DNA of 64,000 bases from a candidate division FCPU426 bacterium (GCA_040756875.1 JBFLYH010000001.1:512001-576000), one strand, 5' to 3'; shown: positions 29,259-39,771, counted from the stretch's first letter. Translations and numbers: made by a program. The notes: a model not told the origin generated them from the sequence alone.

Positions 29259-30416
29259 ATGAACTACTTTTTGACCGAAGAACAAAAAATGATCGTGGAT
29301 ACGGCCCGGGAACTGGCGCAGGAAAAAATCAAGCCGGTGAGGGAAAAATACGACGAAGAAGGGCATTTTCCCTGGGACATCGTGAAGGAAATGGCGGCAG
29401 CCGATCTTATGGGTTTGTACATCCCTGAACAATATAAAGGCATGGGCCGCGGTATTTTCGAGCTATGCCTGGCGGTTGAGGAGTTGTCCAAAGTCTGCGG
29501 CGGCATCTCCCTGGCCATGGCCGCCACTGCCCTGGGCACCTTTCCCATTCTGCTGTTCGGCAACGAGGAGCAAAAAGCCAAATACCTTCCTGATATCGCC
29601 ACGGGTAAAAAACTGGCCGCCTTCGGTCTGACCGAAGCCAACGCCGGTTCGGATGCAGGCAACATGACCACCACTGCGGTCAAGGACGGCGACCATTACG
29701 TGATCAATGGCACCAAACAGTGGATTACCAACGGCGGCGAGGCGGAAACCTATACCGTCATTGCCATGACCAACAAGGCCAAGGGGCCGCGCGGCGCCAC
29801 GGCTTTTATTGTGGAAAAAGGCACGCCCGGCTTCACCTTCGGTAAGAAAGAGAATAAAATGGGCATCCGGGCTTCAGCCACGCGCGAACTGGTTTTCACC
29901 AACTGCCGGGTTCCGGCCAAGAACGTGCTGGCCAAGGAAGGCATGGGTTTTATCGTGGCGGTGAATACCCTGAACACTTCACGGCCGGGCGTGGCCTCCC
30001 AAGCGCTGGGCATTGCCGCCGGAGCGCTCGAGGAGGCGGTCCAATACGCCCGCCAACGTGTGCAATTCGGACAGCCGATTGCCAGCATCCAGGCGGTTCA
30101 GCACATGCTGGCCAACATGGCCACCGAAGTGGAGGCGGCTCGTGCCCTTTTGTATGCCACCGCCCGCAGCATTGATGCCGGCGAGAAGAGCTTCGCCAAA
30201 ATTTCGGCCATGTCCAAACTATTTGCATCGGAAGTCGCGATGCGGGTCACCACGGATGCGGTTCAAGTCATGGGTGGATACGGGTATATGAAAGAGTACC
30301 CGGTTGAAAAAATGATGCGCGACGCCAAAATCACCCAGATTTACGAAGGCACCAGCCAAATCCAGCGGAATGAAATCGCCCTGCAACTGATCAAAGAAGC
30401 GGCGAAAAAACAGTAA
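29259..30416 (+). CDS. Acyl-CoA (butyryl-CoA-like) dehydrogenase
   Basis: FGLTEANAGSDA, NGTKQWITNG, KMGIRAS, GGYGYMKEYPVEKMMRDAKITQIYEGTSQIQR. Confidence 0.95.
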   Translation: MNYFLTEEQKMIVDTARELAQEKIKPVREKYDEEGHFPWDIVKEMAAADLMGLYIPEQYKGMGRGIFELCLAVEELSKVCGGISLAMAATALGTFPILLFGNEEQKAKYLPDIATGKKLAAFGLTEANAGSDAGNMTTTAVKDGDHYVINGTKQWITNGGEAETYTVIAMTNKAKGPRGATAFIVEKGTPGFTFGKKENKMGIRASATRELVFTNCRVPAKNVLAKEGMGFIVAVNTLNTSRPGVASQALGIAAGALEEAVQYARQRVQFGQPIASIQAVQHMLANMATEVEAARALLYATARSIDAGEKSFAKISAMSKLFASEVAMRVTTDAVQVMGGYGYMKEYPVEKMMRDAKITQIYEGTSQIQRNEIALQLIKEAAKKQ

Positions 30417-30471
30417 TCCGTCCGACCCGTCAGATTCGTCCGACGTGTCAGACATTTTCAGGAGGTAGTCA

Positions 30472-31263
30472 ATGCACATCGTAGTCCTGATCAAGCAAGT
30501 AGTGGCCACTACCAATGTCAAACTCGATCCTCAGACCGGCACCATGATTCGAGACGGAGTGGAAAGCATTTTAAACCCCTTTGACGAATATGCCGTGGAG
30601 GAGGCGCTTCGCATCAAGGAGAAACTGGGCGGCAAAGTCACGGTGTTGACCATGGGACCGCCCCAAGCCAAGGAAATCATCCGCAAAGCCATTGGCATGG
30701 GGGTGGATGAGGGGATTTTGTTGAGCGACCGGGCATTGGCCGGATCGGACACTTGGGCCACCTCCTATACCTTGGCTCAAGCATTGCGCAAAATAGGGGA
30801 TTATGGGCTGATTTTAACGGGTAAACAGGCCGTGGACGGCGACACCGCCCAAGTCGGGCCGGAAATCGCGGCCTGTCTGGACCTACCCATGATCGCATGG
30901 GTGCGCAAGATCGAGGAAGTCTCGCCTGAAAAGATTCGCGCTGAGCGCCTGATGGAGGATGGCTACGATGTTCTGGAAAGCCCGTTGCCGGCCTTGCTTA
31001 GCGTGGTGAAAGAAATCAACGAGCCCCGGTTGGAGTCCCTAAAGGGCAAAATGAGGGCTAAAAAATACGAGCCCCAGACCTGGACGGTCGCTGATTTGCC
31101 GGGTTTCGACCTCGCCCAGGTCGGGTTGAAAGGTTCACCCACGCGGGTGGTCAAGACCTTCACCCCCCAGCGCCAGTACCATAGCGAAATGATCGGCGGT
31201 TCGCCGAAGGAAGCGGCGTCTGCATTGTATAAAAAAGTCGTTGATCTGAACATCATCCATTAA
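30472..31263 (+). CDS. etfB: Electron transfer flavoprotein beta subunit
   Basis: NPFDEYAVE, AGSDTWAT, GKQAVDGDTAQVGP, GSPTRV. Confidence 0.96.
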   Translation: MHIVVLIKQVVATTNVKLDPQTGTMIRDGVESILNPFDEYAVEEALRIKEKLGGKVTVLTMGPPQAKEIIRKAIGMGVDEGILLSDRALAGSDTWATSYTLAQALRKIGDYGLILTGKQAVDGDTAQVGPEIAACLDLPMIAWVRKIEEVSPEKIRAERLMEDGYDVLESPLPALLSVVKEINEPRLESLKGKMRAKKYEPQTWTVADLPGFDLAQVGLKGSPTRVVKTFTPQRQYHSEMIGGSPKEAASALYKKVVDLNIIH

Positions 31264-31289
31264 ACCGCGGTACGCGGAGCAGGAGGCTC

Positions 31290-32297
31290 ATGATTATGTC
31301 CGTCGAAAACAGCCAGGATGTGTGGATATATGCCGAACAACGGGATGGGCATTTGCATTCCGTGGCTTTGGAATTGCTGGGTGCAGGCAGGAAGCTGGCA
31401 GATGATTTAGGGCAAAAGCTCGTCGCCGTTCTCCTGGGGCACAATCTCAAGCCGCTGACCAAAGAACTGATCGCCCATGGCGCAGACAAGGTGTTCTATC
31501 TGGACAGCCCCGCGTTTGCTAAATTCGCGGATGAACCATATGCGCAGGCCCTGACCGACTTGGCGCGCGCCCACAAACCTGCCATTATTCTGGGCGGCGC
31601 CACAGCGGTGGGACGCTCCTTCATCCCCCGGGTCGCTGCCAATCTGCAGACAGGGATGACGGCGGACTGCACGGCCTTGGCCATCGACCCGGAAAAAAAA
31701 GTGCTGCTGGGAACCCGGCCGGCCTACGGCGGAAACATCATGGCCACTATCGTTTGTGCGGAGAAGCGCCCGCAAATGGCCACGGTACGCCATAAAGTCA
31801 TGAAGGCGCTGGAACGCAACGAAGCCCGCCAAGGCGAAGTCATCGAACAGCAGATGGCGGAAAAGGACCTGACCTGGCGGGCCAAGGTGATCAACACCGT
31901 AAAGGAAGTGGAGGAAACCTGCAACCTGGCTGAAGCGGATATTATTGTAACCGGAGGCCGGGGCATTGGCAGCAAGGAAAACTTCCAATTGGTGCGCGAT
32001 CTAGCCGCAGCCATCGGCGGCGCAGTGGGCGCGTCGCGCGCCGTGGTCGACGCCGGCTGGGTGCCCTATTCGCACCAGGTTGGCCAGACCGGAAAAACCG
32101 TATGCCCGAAAATTTACTTCGCCTTGGGTGTTTCCGGAGCCATCCAGCATTTGGCGGGTATGCAGTCCTCGGATATCATCATCGCAGTCAACAGCAATCC
32201 CGACGCGGAAATCTTTAAGGTCGCCACCTATGGCATCGTGGGAGATGTCAATGAAGTGGTTCCGGAGTTGATCCAGCACTTCCGCAATCGAGGCTAA
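31290..32297 (+). CDS. etfA: Electron transfer flavoprotein alpha subunit
   Basis: TADCT, RPAYGGN, PQMATVR, GGRG, QVGQTGKTV, SGAIQH. Confidence 0.96.
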   Translation: MIMSVENSQDVWIYAEQRDGHLHSVALELLGAGRKLADDLGQKLVAVLLGHNLKPLTKELIAHGADKVFYLDSPAFAKFADEPYAQALTDLARAHKPAIILGGATAVGRSFIPRVAANLQTGMTADCTALAIDPEKKVLLGTRPAYGGNIMATIVCAEKRPQMATVRHKVMKALERNEARQGEVIEQQMAEKDLTWRAKVINTVKEVEETCNLAEADIIVTGGRGIGSKENFQLVRDLAAAIGGAVGASRAVVDAGWVPYSHQVGQTGKTVCPKIYFALGVSGAIQHLAGMQSSDIIIAVNSNPDAEIFKVATYGIVGDVNEVVPELIQHFRNRG

Positions 32298-32300
32298 CCC

Positions 32301-34529
32301 TTGCGGTTGGCGGATGCGGCCCGATCATTGCGCATCTGGACCGGACTGCTATTAATAGCGGCCTGGGCCCATAAGCCCGTCTTGGCTGAGGTGGTGGAAG
32401 CGAATGCTTCCACCACCTCAGCGCTGATTTCACTCGTTTATTGCCCGGATATTCCCGAAAAAACCCGCCTTTTGCTTTCACCATCGCCGGCGTGGCAGGA
32501 TCATGCCGTTTTTAGTTTTAGTTATTCCCAACCCCTCAATTTATCCTTGGAATACTCGGCAGTAAAAGCCGGGCCGACCGGGCAATTCGGGTTGGGTAAC
32601 GGCCGTGTCCTGGACGGGCAGCTGGAATTCTCCCTGTTGCTGGGTTCGGAACGTCGTTCCCTGGTCCCCGGGGAAGAGGCGGTCGAATTGCAGACCGCCA
32701 TTTATCCCGGTCGCATTGAAGAAACTTGGAAATGGCCGGAAGGTTTGCGTCTAGAGCGGACTTATTATCAACCTCTGGATATTCCGGCCGTCGGAATCCG
32801 TTTCCGCGTTGTTCACGCTCATGCGAAAGCTTTGGCCGGCACAAGGATTGAAGCCCGCTGGCGGCAACCCGAAATCAGGGAGTATCCGGATGAGCAAGAC
32901 GACGAAACCTGGGCGGACCCGCGAGACGCTTTGCTGCTATTGCGCGATTATATCCTGCGCGAGGAGTCATGGGCTGCCTGCGGATGGGGAAGCCCCGGAG
33001 GGATGATCAGCGGCGGAGAAACCGGTGGACTGAAAAGCTCTGATTTGAGCGTGACCTTGGAATCGCCTGCCCAGGACCTGCCTGCCGGGCAGGCGTTTGT
33101 CTCCACCTTTTGGCTGACCTGGGGGCCTGACCAGGAAAGCGTAGCCGCCCAAATCAGGCAGCTGCAACGGCAATCCGGTTATTCCCGCTGGAAAACCGAA
33201 CTCGGAAATGGACTGCGACGAGGCTTGACATTCACCTGTTCCGAACCGGATTTGGTGGAATTATTCCTCCTCCATAAGGCTTGGGCGCCCTGGATGATTC
33301 GCACTTTGGCCAGCGGTCAGCCGCCTTTGGTCAATCTGGGAGATAATAAAGCCCTGCGGCCGCAACAGGTGTTGGCGGGCATTGAAACCTGGCTGGCTCT
33401 GCACCACCCTCAGGCCATTCGGACTTTCCTTGATCACTGGCTGGATCAACGAGCCGAAACGCCGGATCTCGCATTTACTTTATGCCTGGCGGCCCGCTAT
33501 TATGAACTCGGCAGGGATCGAACCTGGTTCGCCAACAATGCCGGCCGGGTCGAAGCGCTCGCCGATTATCTGGCAGATATGGACGATAATGGGGATGGGT
33601 TGCCGGACTACCGGCTTCCGCCTGATGTTCAGAACGAATTGCTGGGGCCTTATGCCCATCAAGAACCATTGGCCTACAGAGAGTTGGAATTCTTCGAGTA
33701 TGCACTGGCCGGCTGCCGGGCAATGCATGCAGCCGCAACCTTCCTGAACGAAACCAAAGACCCCGAACAGATGGCCAAAGCGCAGCGATTCGAAAGACTG
33801 GCCAAACAAGGGGCTGATACACTGCAAGCCATGTTTTGGAAGCCCGCCTTAGGTTCGCAAGGGTTTTACACGTTCGCACGCGTCGCTGGGGCCACGACCT
33901 GGATACCCCTTCGCAGTTCAGCAACTATCGAGTTATTGCGTGACGAGATCGGCAGCTCCTTCAGCCGTAAAAAAATATGGCAGGAACTCTGGAACAATCC
34001 ACAGTGGCGTTCGCAGCAAGAACGTTATTTTGGCCTATTAGCACAGTCCTCCTGGCAGAATCCCAGGAAGCCATCGGAAAATTTTTACGCCACCCATGAG
34101 ATACTTCGCCAAGGATTGCTCCGGCCTGAAACGTCGGAAGCAGCTGTGGAACGCTTAAAAGCATATGCCCGCAATGTGGTCATGGATTCCCGCCAACTCG
34201 GTTGGACGGGAAACGCAGGGGGAAAAGCTTGCTTGGATCCTGCATCCTTGGATTATGTTTTCCTGCTTTACTCGGGTCTGGCGGGATTGAACCCAGAACC
34301 TCGAGGTTTGAGAATAGCAGTCCCCACCTATCCCCAGGACCTGGGAGTGGTCTTGCATTCCCTTCCTTATAGGGGAGCATTACTGGATGTTGAAATTCTT
34401 GGGCCTGGCGGCGGCGAGGCCAAGGTTTTTGTGAACGGGAATCAGGTGGTTCCAGGGTCTTTTTTACCTGAAACCGAGCTAAAGAAGGGAAGGGTAAAAA
34501 TAAAAATATTGCGCATTCGGACAGATTGA
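32301..34529 (+). CDS. Large secreted hypothetical protein, possible (alpha/alpha)6 glycoside-hydrolase-like fold
   Basis: Signal-like N-terminus; DMDDNGDGLPDY motif; C-terminal GLAGLNP..GLRI...LPYRG..LDV beta module as in GH65/debranching-type enzymes. Confidence 0.55.
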   Translation: MRLADAARSLRIWTGLLLIAAWAHKPVLAEVVEANASTTSALISLVYCPDIPEKTRLLLSPSPAWQDHAVFSFSYSQPLNLSLEYSAVKAGPTGQFGLGNGRVLDGQLEFSLLLGSERRSLVPGEEAVELQTAIYPGRIEETWKWPEGLRLERTYYQPLDIPAVGIRFRVVHAHAKALAGTRIEARWRQPEIREYPDEQDDETWADPRDALLLLRDYILREESWAACGWGSPGGMISGGETGGLKSSDLSVTLESPAQDLPAGQAFVSTFWLTWGPDQESVAAQIRQLQRQSGYSRWKTELGNGLRRGLTFTCSEPDLVELFLLHKAWAPWMIRTLASGQPPLVNLGDNKALRPQQVLAGIETWLALHHPQAIRTFLDHWLDQRAETPDLAFTLCLAARYYELGRDRTWFANNAGRVEALADYLADMDDNGDGLPDYRLPPDVQNELLGPYAHQEPLAYRELEFFEYALAGCRAMHAAATFLNETKDPEQMAKAQRFERLAKQGADTLQAMFWKPALGSQGFYTFARVAGATTWIPLRSSATIELLRDEIGSSFSRKKIWQELWNNPQWRSQQERYFGLLAQSSWQNPRKPSENFYATHEILRQGLLRPETSEAAVERLKAYARNVVMDSRQLGWTGNAGGKACLDPASLDYVFLLYSGLAGLNPEPRGLRIAVPTYPQDLGVVLHSLPYRGALLDVEILGPGGGEAKVFVNGNQVVPGSFLPETELKKGRVKIKILRIRTD

Positions 34530-34833
34530 ACTATATGCTAAACCGGGAACCGAATAAAAACGTTGTAAAATAAGCATATTATATTGATTCTGATTTCTTA
34601 ACATAGACCCGGATTCCTATTCATAGTGTACAGGAATTAAGGCTTGACAGGACTGTTTTAAATGTGGTACAAAGTTCTGATCCGATTTCCCTGGACTTCT
34701 CCTAAAAGCGTTATTTTACAGGGCAATCCCCGATTTGCAGCCTCTTGACAAATATTCTCCCTGGCTACAATCGACGGCGGAAAATACTAGTTTATATTAA
34801 TCATAAACAACTTTAAGAAAGGAGGGATGGCCC

Positions 34834-35103
34834 ATGGCGCTGCTTAAGGAACGGAAAAAAGAACTGATTGAAGGCAATAAAACACATGACACGGATACCG
34901 GTTCTCCAGAAGTCCAGATCGCATTATTGTCCGAGCGTATCAATGGCCTGACCGAGCATTTCAAGGCGCACCTCAAGGATCACCATTCCCGAACCGGCTT
35001 ATTGATGCTGGTTAGCAAACGCCGCCGTCTTTTGGATTATCTGAAGAAACACCATGTCACCCGTTACAAGGCGATTATCAATAAATTGAATCTGCGTAAA
35101 TAA
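34834..35103 (+). CDS. rpsO: 30S ribosomal protein S15
   Basis: [31 protein letters not shown]. Confidence 0.98.
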   Translation: MALLKERKKELIEGNKTHDTDTGSPEVQIALLSERINGLTEHFKAHLKDHHSRTGLLMLVSKRRRLLDYLKKHHVTRYKAIINKLNLRK

Positions 35104-35173
35104 CGGCCCGCCCGTATAGATGCGGGCGGAGTGCTGTTGACGATGCGCATCGATTCTCTCAGGAGGTATCATT

Positions 35174-37297
35174 TTGGAAGGCGCTGTCGCTGTTAGCCGG
35201 GAAATAGCCGGAAGAACATTAACCATTGCTACGGGCCATGTAGCCCGCCAAGCCCACGGTTCAGTCACTGTCCAATACGGTGGAACAGTGGTTTTAGCCA
35301 CGGCGGTGTGTGCTTACGAAGCGCGTGAAGGCGGAGGTGGCGGCGGAGGGGATTTTGTGCCCTTGACCGTCGAATACCGCGAACGAACCTATGCGGCTGG
35401 CAAAATTCCCGGAGGCTTCTTCAAACGCGGTGGCAGGCCCGGAGAGAAGGAGATTCTCACGGCGCGCCTGATTGACCGCGCCCTGCGCCCTCAGATCCCC
35501 AAAGGCTTACGCAACGAATTGCAAGTCTACGCCTTGGTGATCTCCTCGGACACAGAAAACAATTCGGACGTTCCTGCGCTTATTGGCGCTTCGGCCGCCA
35601 TGGCCGTTTCCGACATCCCCTTCAGCAACATCCTTAGCGCCATCCGTATTGGACGGGTGGAGGGACAATTCGTCATCAATCCCACCTTCGAACAGGTGAG
35701 CCACAGCGAAATGGATATTGTTGTAGCCGGTTCCCGCGATAATCTGGTCATGGTGGAAGGCGAAGCCGAACAGGTGGGAGAACAGCATTTTCTCCAAGCC
35801 TTTGAATTGGCTCAGCAACAGAATCGTGAAATTATCGGCATGATCGAGGAATTAGCTAAAAAAGTCGGTAAACCGAAGCGCCAACTGGAACTAAAGAAAG
35901 TGGCGGCTGATCTTGAGCAACGCGTGCGCTCTCTGGCTTCCAATGACATCGCGCGTGCGGTCCGGACTGTAGAAAAGCAAGCCCGCAGCCAGGCGATCGA
36001 CAAAGCCAAACAAGAGGCTTTGGATCGTCTAAAAGCCGAATCCAGCGGAGAGCCGGATCCCCAAATGATGAGCGATGCCAGCCAAGTGCTGGATCAACTC
36101 GAAGTTGAGACCGTGCGGGAGGACATTGCCGTACATGCCCGGCGCCCGGATGGCCGAGGATTGAAAGAAATCCGCCCTATTCATTGTGAAATCAACGTCC
36201 TGCCTCGGCCACACGGTTCCGCACTTTTCACCCGCGGCCAGACGCAAGCCTTGGTGGTGACGACCTTGGGAACCGCCGCTGACCAGCAGTTGATGGAGCA
36301 GCTGGAACGCGAATACAAGAAAAATTTCATGTTGTATTACAATTTTCCCTCTTTCAGCGTGGGGGAGGCCCGTCCTGTGCGCGGGCCGGGACGACGCGAA
36401 ATCGGCCACGGCATGCTGGCTGAACGGGCTCTCGCTCCTTTGATTCCGGACAAGGAAGTCTTCAATTATACGATTCAAATCACTTCGGACATTCTCGAAT
36501 CCAATGGTTCGTCTTCCATGGCTTCGGTATGCGGCGCGTCCCTCTCACTCATGGACGCCGGAGTGCCGATTCCAACTCATGTGGCTGGAATTGCCATGGG
36601 TTTGATCAAGCACCAGGAAAAATACATCGTTTTGACGGATATCCAGGGGTTGGAAGACCATTTTGGAGATATGGATTTCAAAGTGGCCGGAACAAAAACC
36701 GGAATCACAGCGATCCAGATGGATATCAAAATAACCGGGCTTAGCCAAGAAATCATGAGCCAAGCACTGGAACAAGCCAGGGAAGCCCGCCTGAAAATTC
36801 TGGATATAATGAACCAGACGATATCTCAACCCAACACGGAATTGTCGGAATACGCGCCACGGCTGGTTACGATCCAGATCGATCCGGATGACATCCGCAC
36901 GATCATTGGCCCGGGCGGTAAAATGATCAAGAAGATCACCGAGGAAACTGGCGCGGAGATTGACATCGAGGATAGTGGACGCGTGACAGTGGCTGCCAAG
37001 GATCCAAAATCCATGCAAGCAGCTATTGATTGGGTGAACCGCTTGGCTCCAAAGGTGGAAATCGGGAAAATATACCGCGGTGAAGTCAAGAAAGTCACGG
37101 ATTTCGGAGCATTTGTTGAAATTCTTCCAAACAAGGATGGTTTAGTGCATATTTCACAGCTTGCCGATCATCGCGTAAAAGCGGTTACGGACGTCGTGAA
37201 GGAAGGCGATGTCATCGATGTTAAGGTAATCGAAGTCGATCCCAACGGCAAGATACGGCTTTCACATAAAGACGCTCTGAAAGAGTTAAAATCATAA
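35174..37297 (+). CDS. pnp: Polyribonucleotide nucleotidyltransferase (PNPase)
   Basis: GKIPGGF, RLIDR, RREIGHG, SNGSSSMASVC, GDMDFKVAG, KH and S1 domains; TTG start with AGGAGG. Confidence 0.98.
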   Translation: MEGAVAVSREIAGRTLTIATGHVARQAHGSVTVQYGGTVVLATAVCAYEAREGGGGGGGDFVPLTVEYRERTYAAGKIPGGFFKRGGRPGEKEILTARLIDRALRPQIPKGLRNELQVYALVISSDTENNSDVPALIGASAAMAVSDIPFSNILSAIRIGRVEGQFVINPTFEQVSHSEMDIVVAGSRDNLVMVEGEAEQVGEQHFLQAFELAQQQNREIIGMIEELAKKVGKPKRQLELKKVAADLEQRVRSLASNDIARAVRTVEKQARSQAIDKAKQEALDRLKAESSGEPDPQMMSDASQVLDQLEVETVREDIAVHARRPDGRGLKEIRPIHCEINVLPRPHGSALFTRGQTQALVVTTLGTAADQQLMEQLEREYKKNFMLYYNFPSFSVGEARPVRGPGRREIGHGMLAERALAPLIPDKEVFNYTIQITSDILESNGSSSMASVCGASLSLMDAGVPIPTHVAGIAMGLIKHQEKYIVLTDIQGLEDHFGDMDFKVAGTKTGITAIQMDIKITGLSQEIMSQALEQAREARLKILDIMNQTISQPNTELSEYAPRLVTIQIDPDDIRTIIGPGGKMIKKITEETGAEIDIEDSGRVTVAAKDPKSMQAAIDWVNRLAPKVEIGKIYRGEVKKVTDFGAFVEILPNKDGLVHISQLADHRVKAVTDVVKEGDVIDVKVIEVDPNGKIRLSHKDALKELKS

Positions 37298-37322
37298 AAC
37301 GCTAATTGAGCATTAGTATCTG

Positions 37323-37356
37323 AAACCGGCCAATATCATTGGCCGGTTTTTTTTTA
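37323..37356 (+). terminator. Intrinsic terminator after pnp
   Basis: AAACCGGCCAAT-ATC-ATTGGCCGGTTT plus long T run. Confidence 0.9.
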
Positions 37357-37835
37357 TTCAGTAACGTTTAGAATTCTATTTTTATTCCCACTAGGGGACT
37401 TGACCCCAAGGGATTTCCTTAGGTCGCCTTTGGTAACGGTCGAGGCGCGTAGATATATAAGTGTTTTCCGTTTAAAGACCTCTCTTGAATTTCCGGGATT
37501 TAAACCTGCGATAAGAATGGAATATACATTTGTTAGTATGAAATAGTCGCAGGTCATATCGGAATAGTTAAACCTGGAGTACCTCTACTCAAATCATTTC
37601 CTATTCCGCATCAGGCTTTTTCCTATAGGGGCTCTGATGAGTAAGTTAAAGACTTACTGTTATTTGCTTAATACAATTCAAATAATCTGGAAAATTTATA
37701 TTATTTTGATTAATAGATTTTCACGACAGACAATTATGGACTGTAAAGCAAATATAACCAAATAAAAAGCATGACGATTATACTATCTATAGTGTGTGGA
37801 TTTAGAGCAACACAGATATATGGTGTTAAAAAAAC

Positions 37836-37864
37836 TTGACACTTGTCGTCTTTTGTTATATAAA
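37836..37864 (+). promoter_or_regulatory. Putative sigma70 promoter for the sigma54-activator gene
   Basis: TTGACA-N17-TATAAA. Confidence 0.55.
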
Positions 37865-37964
37865 TATTTGTGCAAAGTGAATAAAAAAATGTATAAACAT
37901 AGCTTTTATTATTGACTATTAATCGCAATATAGTATCCTGTGGGTCATTCTTGGGGGTGAAATA

Positions 37965-39332
37965 GTGAAATCAAATATCTTGGTTGTCGATGATGATCCA
38001 TCCGTCATTGCCGCTTTAAAAGAACTTCTGCAAGACCATTATAATCCCATCACCGTTACCAGCGGGGCTGAGGCCCTTGAAAAAGTTAAAAAACACCCCA
38101 ACCTTGATCTAGTCCTGCTCGATATCACCATGCCGGATATGAACGGCATTGATGCTTTGCGGCATATCAAGGAATTGGATTCCCAATTGGATGCCATCAT
38201 GGTTTCGGCCAACAACACAGCCGAGGCGGCGGTTAAGACCATCAGGATCGGCGCCTACGATTACGTTACCAAACCATTCAATAACGAAGATCTGATTGCG
38301 GTCATCAACCGGGCCCTTGAAAAACGGCAATTGATCCGGCAAAAAGAAATAATTGAAGAAGAAAAGAAGAAGTGGGAACAGTCGCTGCTGATTGGAAAAA
38401 GTCCTGTTATGCAGAATGTTTATTCCCTGATCGACAAGGTTGCGGATGCAGACAGCACGGTGCTGATTTTCGGCGAAAGCGGCACGGGCAAGGAACTGGT
38501 AGCACGTGAACTGCACAAACGGGGCATCCGTAACGAAAAACCTTTCGTGGCGGTCAATTGCGCGGCCATTCCCGGCGAATTGGTCGAAAGCGAGTTTTTT
38601 GGACACGAGAAAGGTGCATTCACTTCGGCCAGCGCCCGGAAAATCGGCAAATTCGAATACGCCGACGGCGGGATCATCTTCCTGGACGATGTCGGCGAAC
38701 TGCCGCTTCCTATTCAGGCCAAGCTGCTGCGCGTGCTGCAGGAACGGGAGATCGTGCGCGTAGGGGCCAATGAAGTCATTCCCGTGGATGTTCGGGTGGT
38801 CGCAGCCACCAACGTTGACCTCCGCCAGTTAGTGGAACAGCGGCGGTTTCGCGAAGACCTGTATTTCCGGCTGAAAGTCGTTCCCGTCGAAATCCCGCCC
38901 TTGCGCGCCCGCAGGGAAGACGTGCCCTTGCTGGTGGATCACTTTATATCCAAATTGTGTGTACGGCACAATAAAATCATCAAGAAAGTCCAAAGCGAGG
39001 CCATGAATCTATTGGCCAATTACAATTGGCCAGGCAATGTGCGCGAACTCGAAAATATGCTGGAAATGGTGGTGCTGCTGGCAACCGGCGATGTCATCCA
39101 GACCAGCGATTTGCCTTCGAACATCCTAACAAACCAGGCGCTTAAGGAGCCGTTTGACCAGGAAGGCGCTGTCATTTCGCTCAAAGAAGCCAGACACCAA
39201 TTTGAAAAGCAATTCATCCTCCGGGTCCTGGAAAAGCTGCGCTGGAACCAGAGCAAAGCAGCCCGGGTCATGGGTATCCACCGAAATACATTAATTCTAA
39301 AGATGGAAGAATTGGGCATTAAACGGCAGTAA
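37965..39332 (+). CDS. Sigma54-dependent response regulator (REC-AAA+-Fis HTH, NtrC family)
   Basis: VVDDD...[61 protein letters not shown]. Confidence 0.95.
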   Translation: MKSNILVVDDDPSVIAALKELLQDHYNPITVTSGAEALEKVKKHPNLDLVLLDITMPDMNGIDALRHIKELDSQLDAIMVSANNTAEAAVKTIRIGAYDYVTKPFNNEDLIAVINRALEKRQLIRQKEIIEEEKKKWEQSLLIGKSPVMQNVYSLIDKVADADSTVLIFGESGTGKELVARELHKRGIRNEKPFVAVNCAAIPGELVESEFFGHEKGAFTSASARKIGKFEYADGGIIFLDDVGELPLPIQAKLLRVLQEREIVRVGANEVIPVDVRVVAATNVDLRQLVEQRRFREDLYFRLKVVPVEIPPLRARREDVPLLVDHFISKLCVRHNKIIKKVQSEAMNLLANYNWPGNVRELENMLEMVVLLATGDVIQTSDLPSNILTNQALKEPFDQEGAVISLKEARHQFEKQFILRVLEKLRWNQSKAARVMGIHRNTLILKMEELGIKRQ

Positions 39333-39771
39333 TGAGTTTGTAAAAATCGTTTCAGCAAGGCCTTCTTGCTCTCTCCTGTTTTCCCTTAGGGAAGAGAGGA
39401 GACCAGCGAGGGGGTTCCCATAGTATAAGTAGGGGGGACTGTGGGAACGATGATCCATGGGTACGGAAAACCGCCTTTAGCCGATTTTCGCCTCCGGCAC
39501 TCTCAAAGTCCGGAGAGGCGGTCGATTGACCTGGAAAGTACGCTTTCAATCAATTTTTCCACCCATTTATCTGCATTACCCTTCAACCTCGAAGAGAATC
39601 CCGATCTTCAGGCACACCAGGAATCCCCTTTATCAGTTCCTTCAATCCTTAAAAAATATTCCATTGGAACATCGTGGCTCTACTGAATCGCCGCCCATCC
39701 GTCGAAAGCCACTTCCGAAACAAAATGCTGTTGTCGTTGAAATGCGGGTTTTGGTTCTTTAAAGAGTGGCT

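Noticed and set aside
34745-34771. TTGACA...TACAAT upstream of rpsO as a firm promoter call
   Set aside because: Spacer is only 15 bp and an alternative TTGACA at 34644 exists; cannot choose without TSS data
37634-37665. CTGATGA followed by a stem, resembling a hammerhead core
   Set aside because: The required GAAA after stem II is absent
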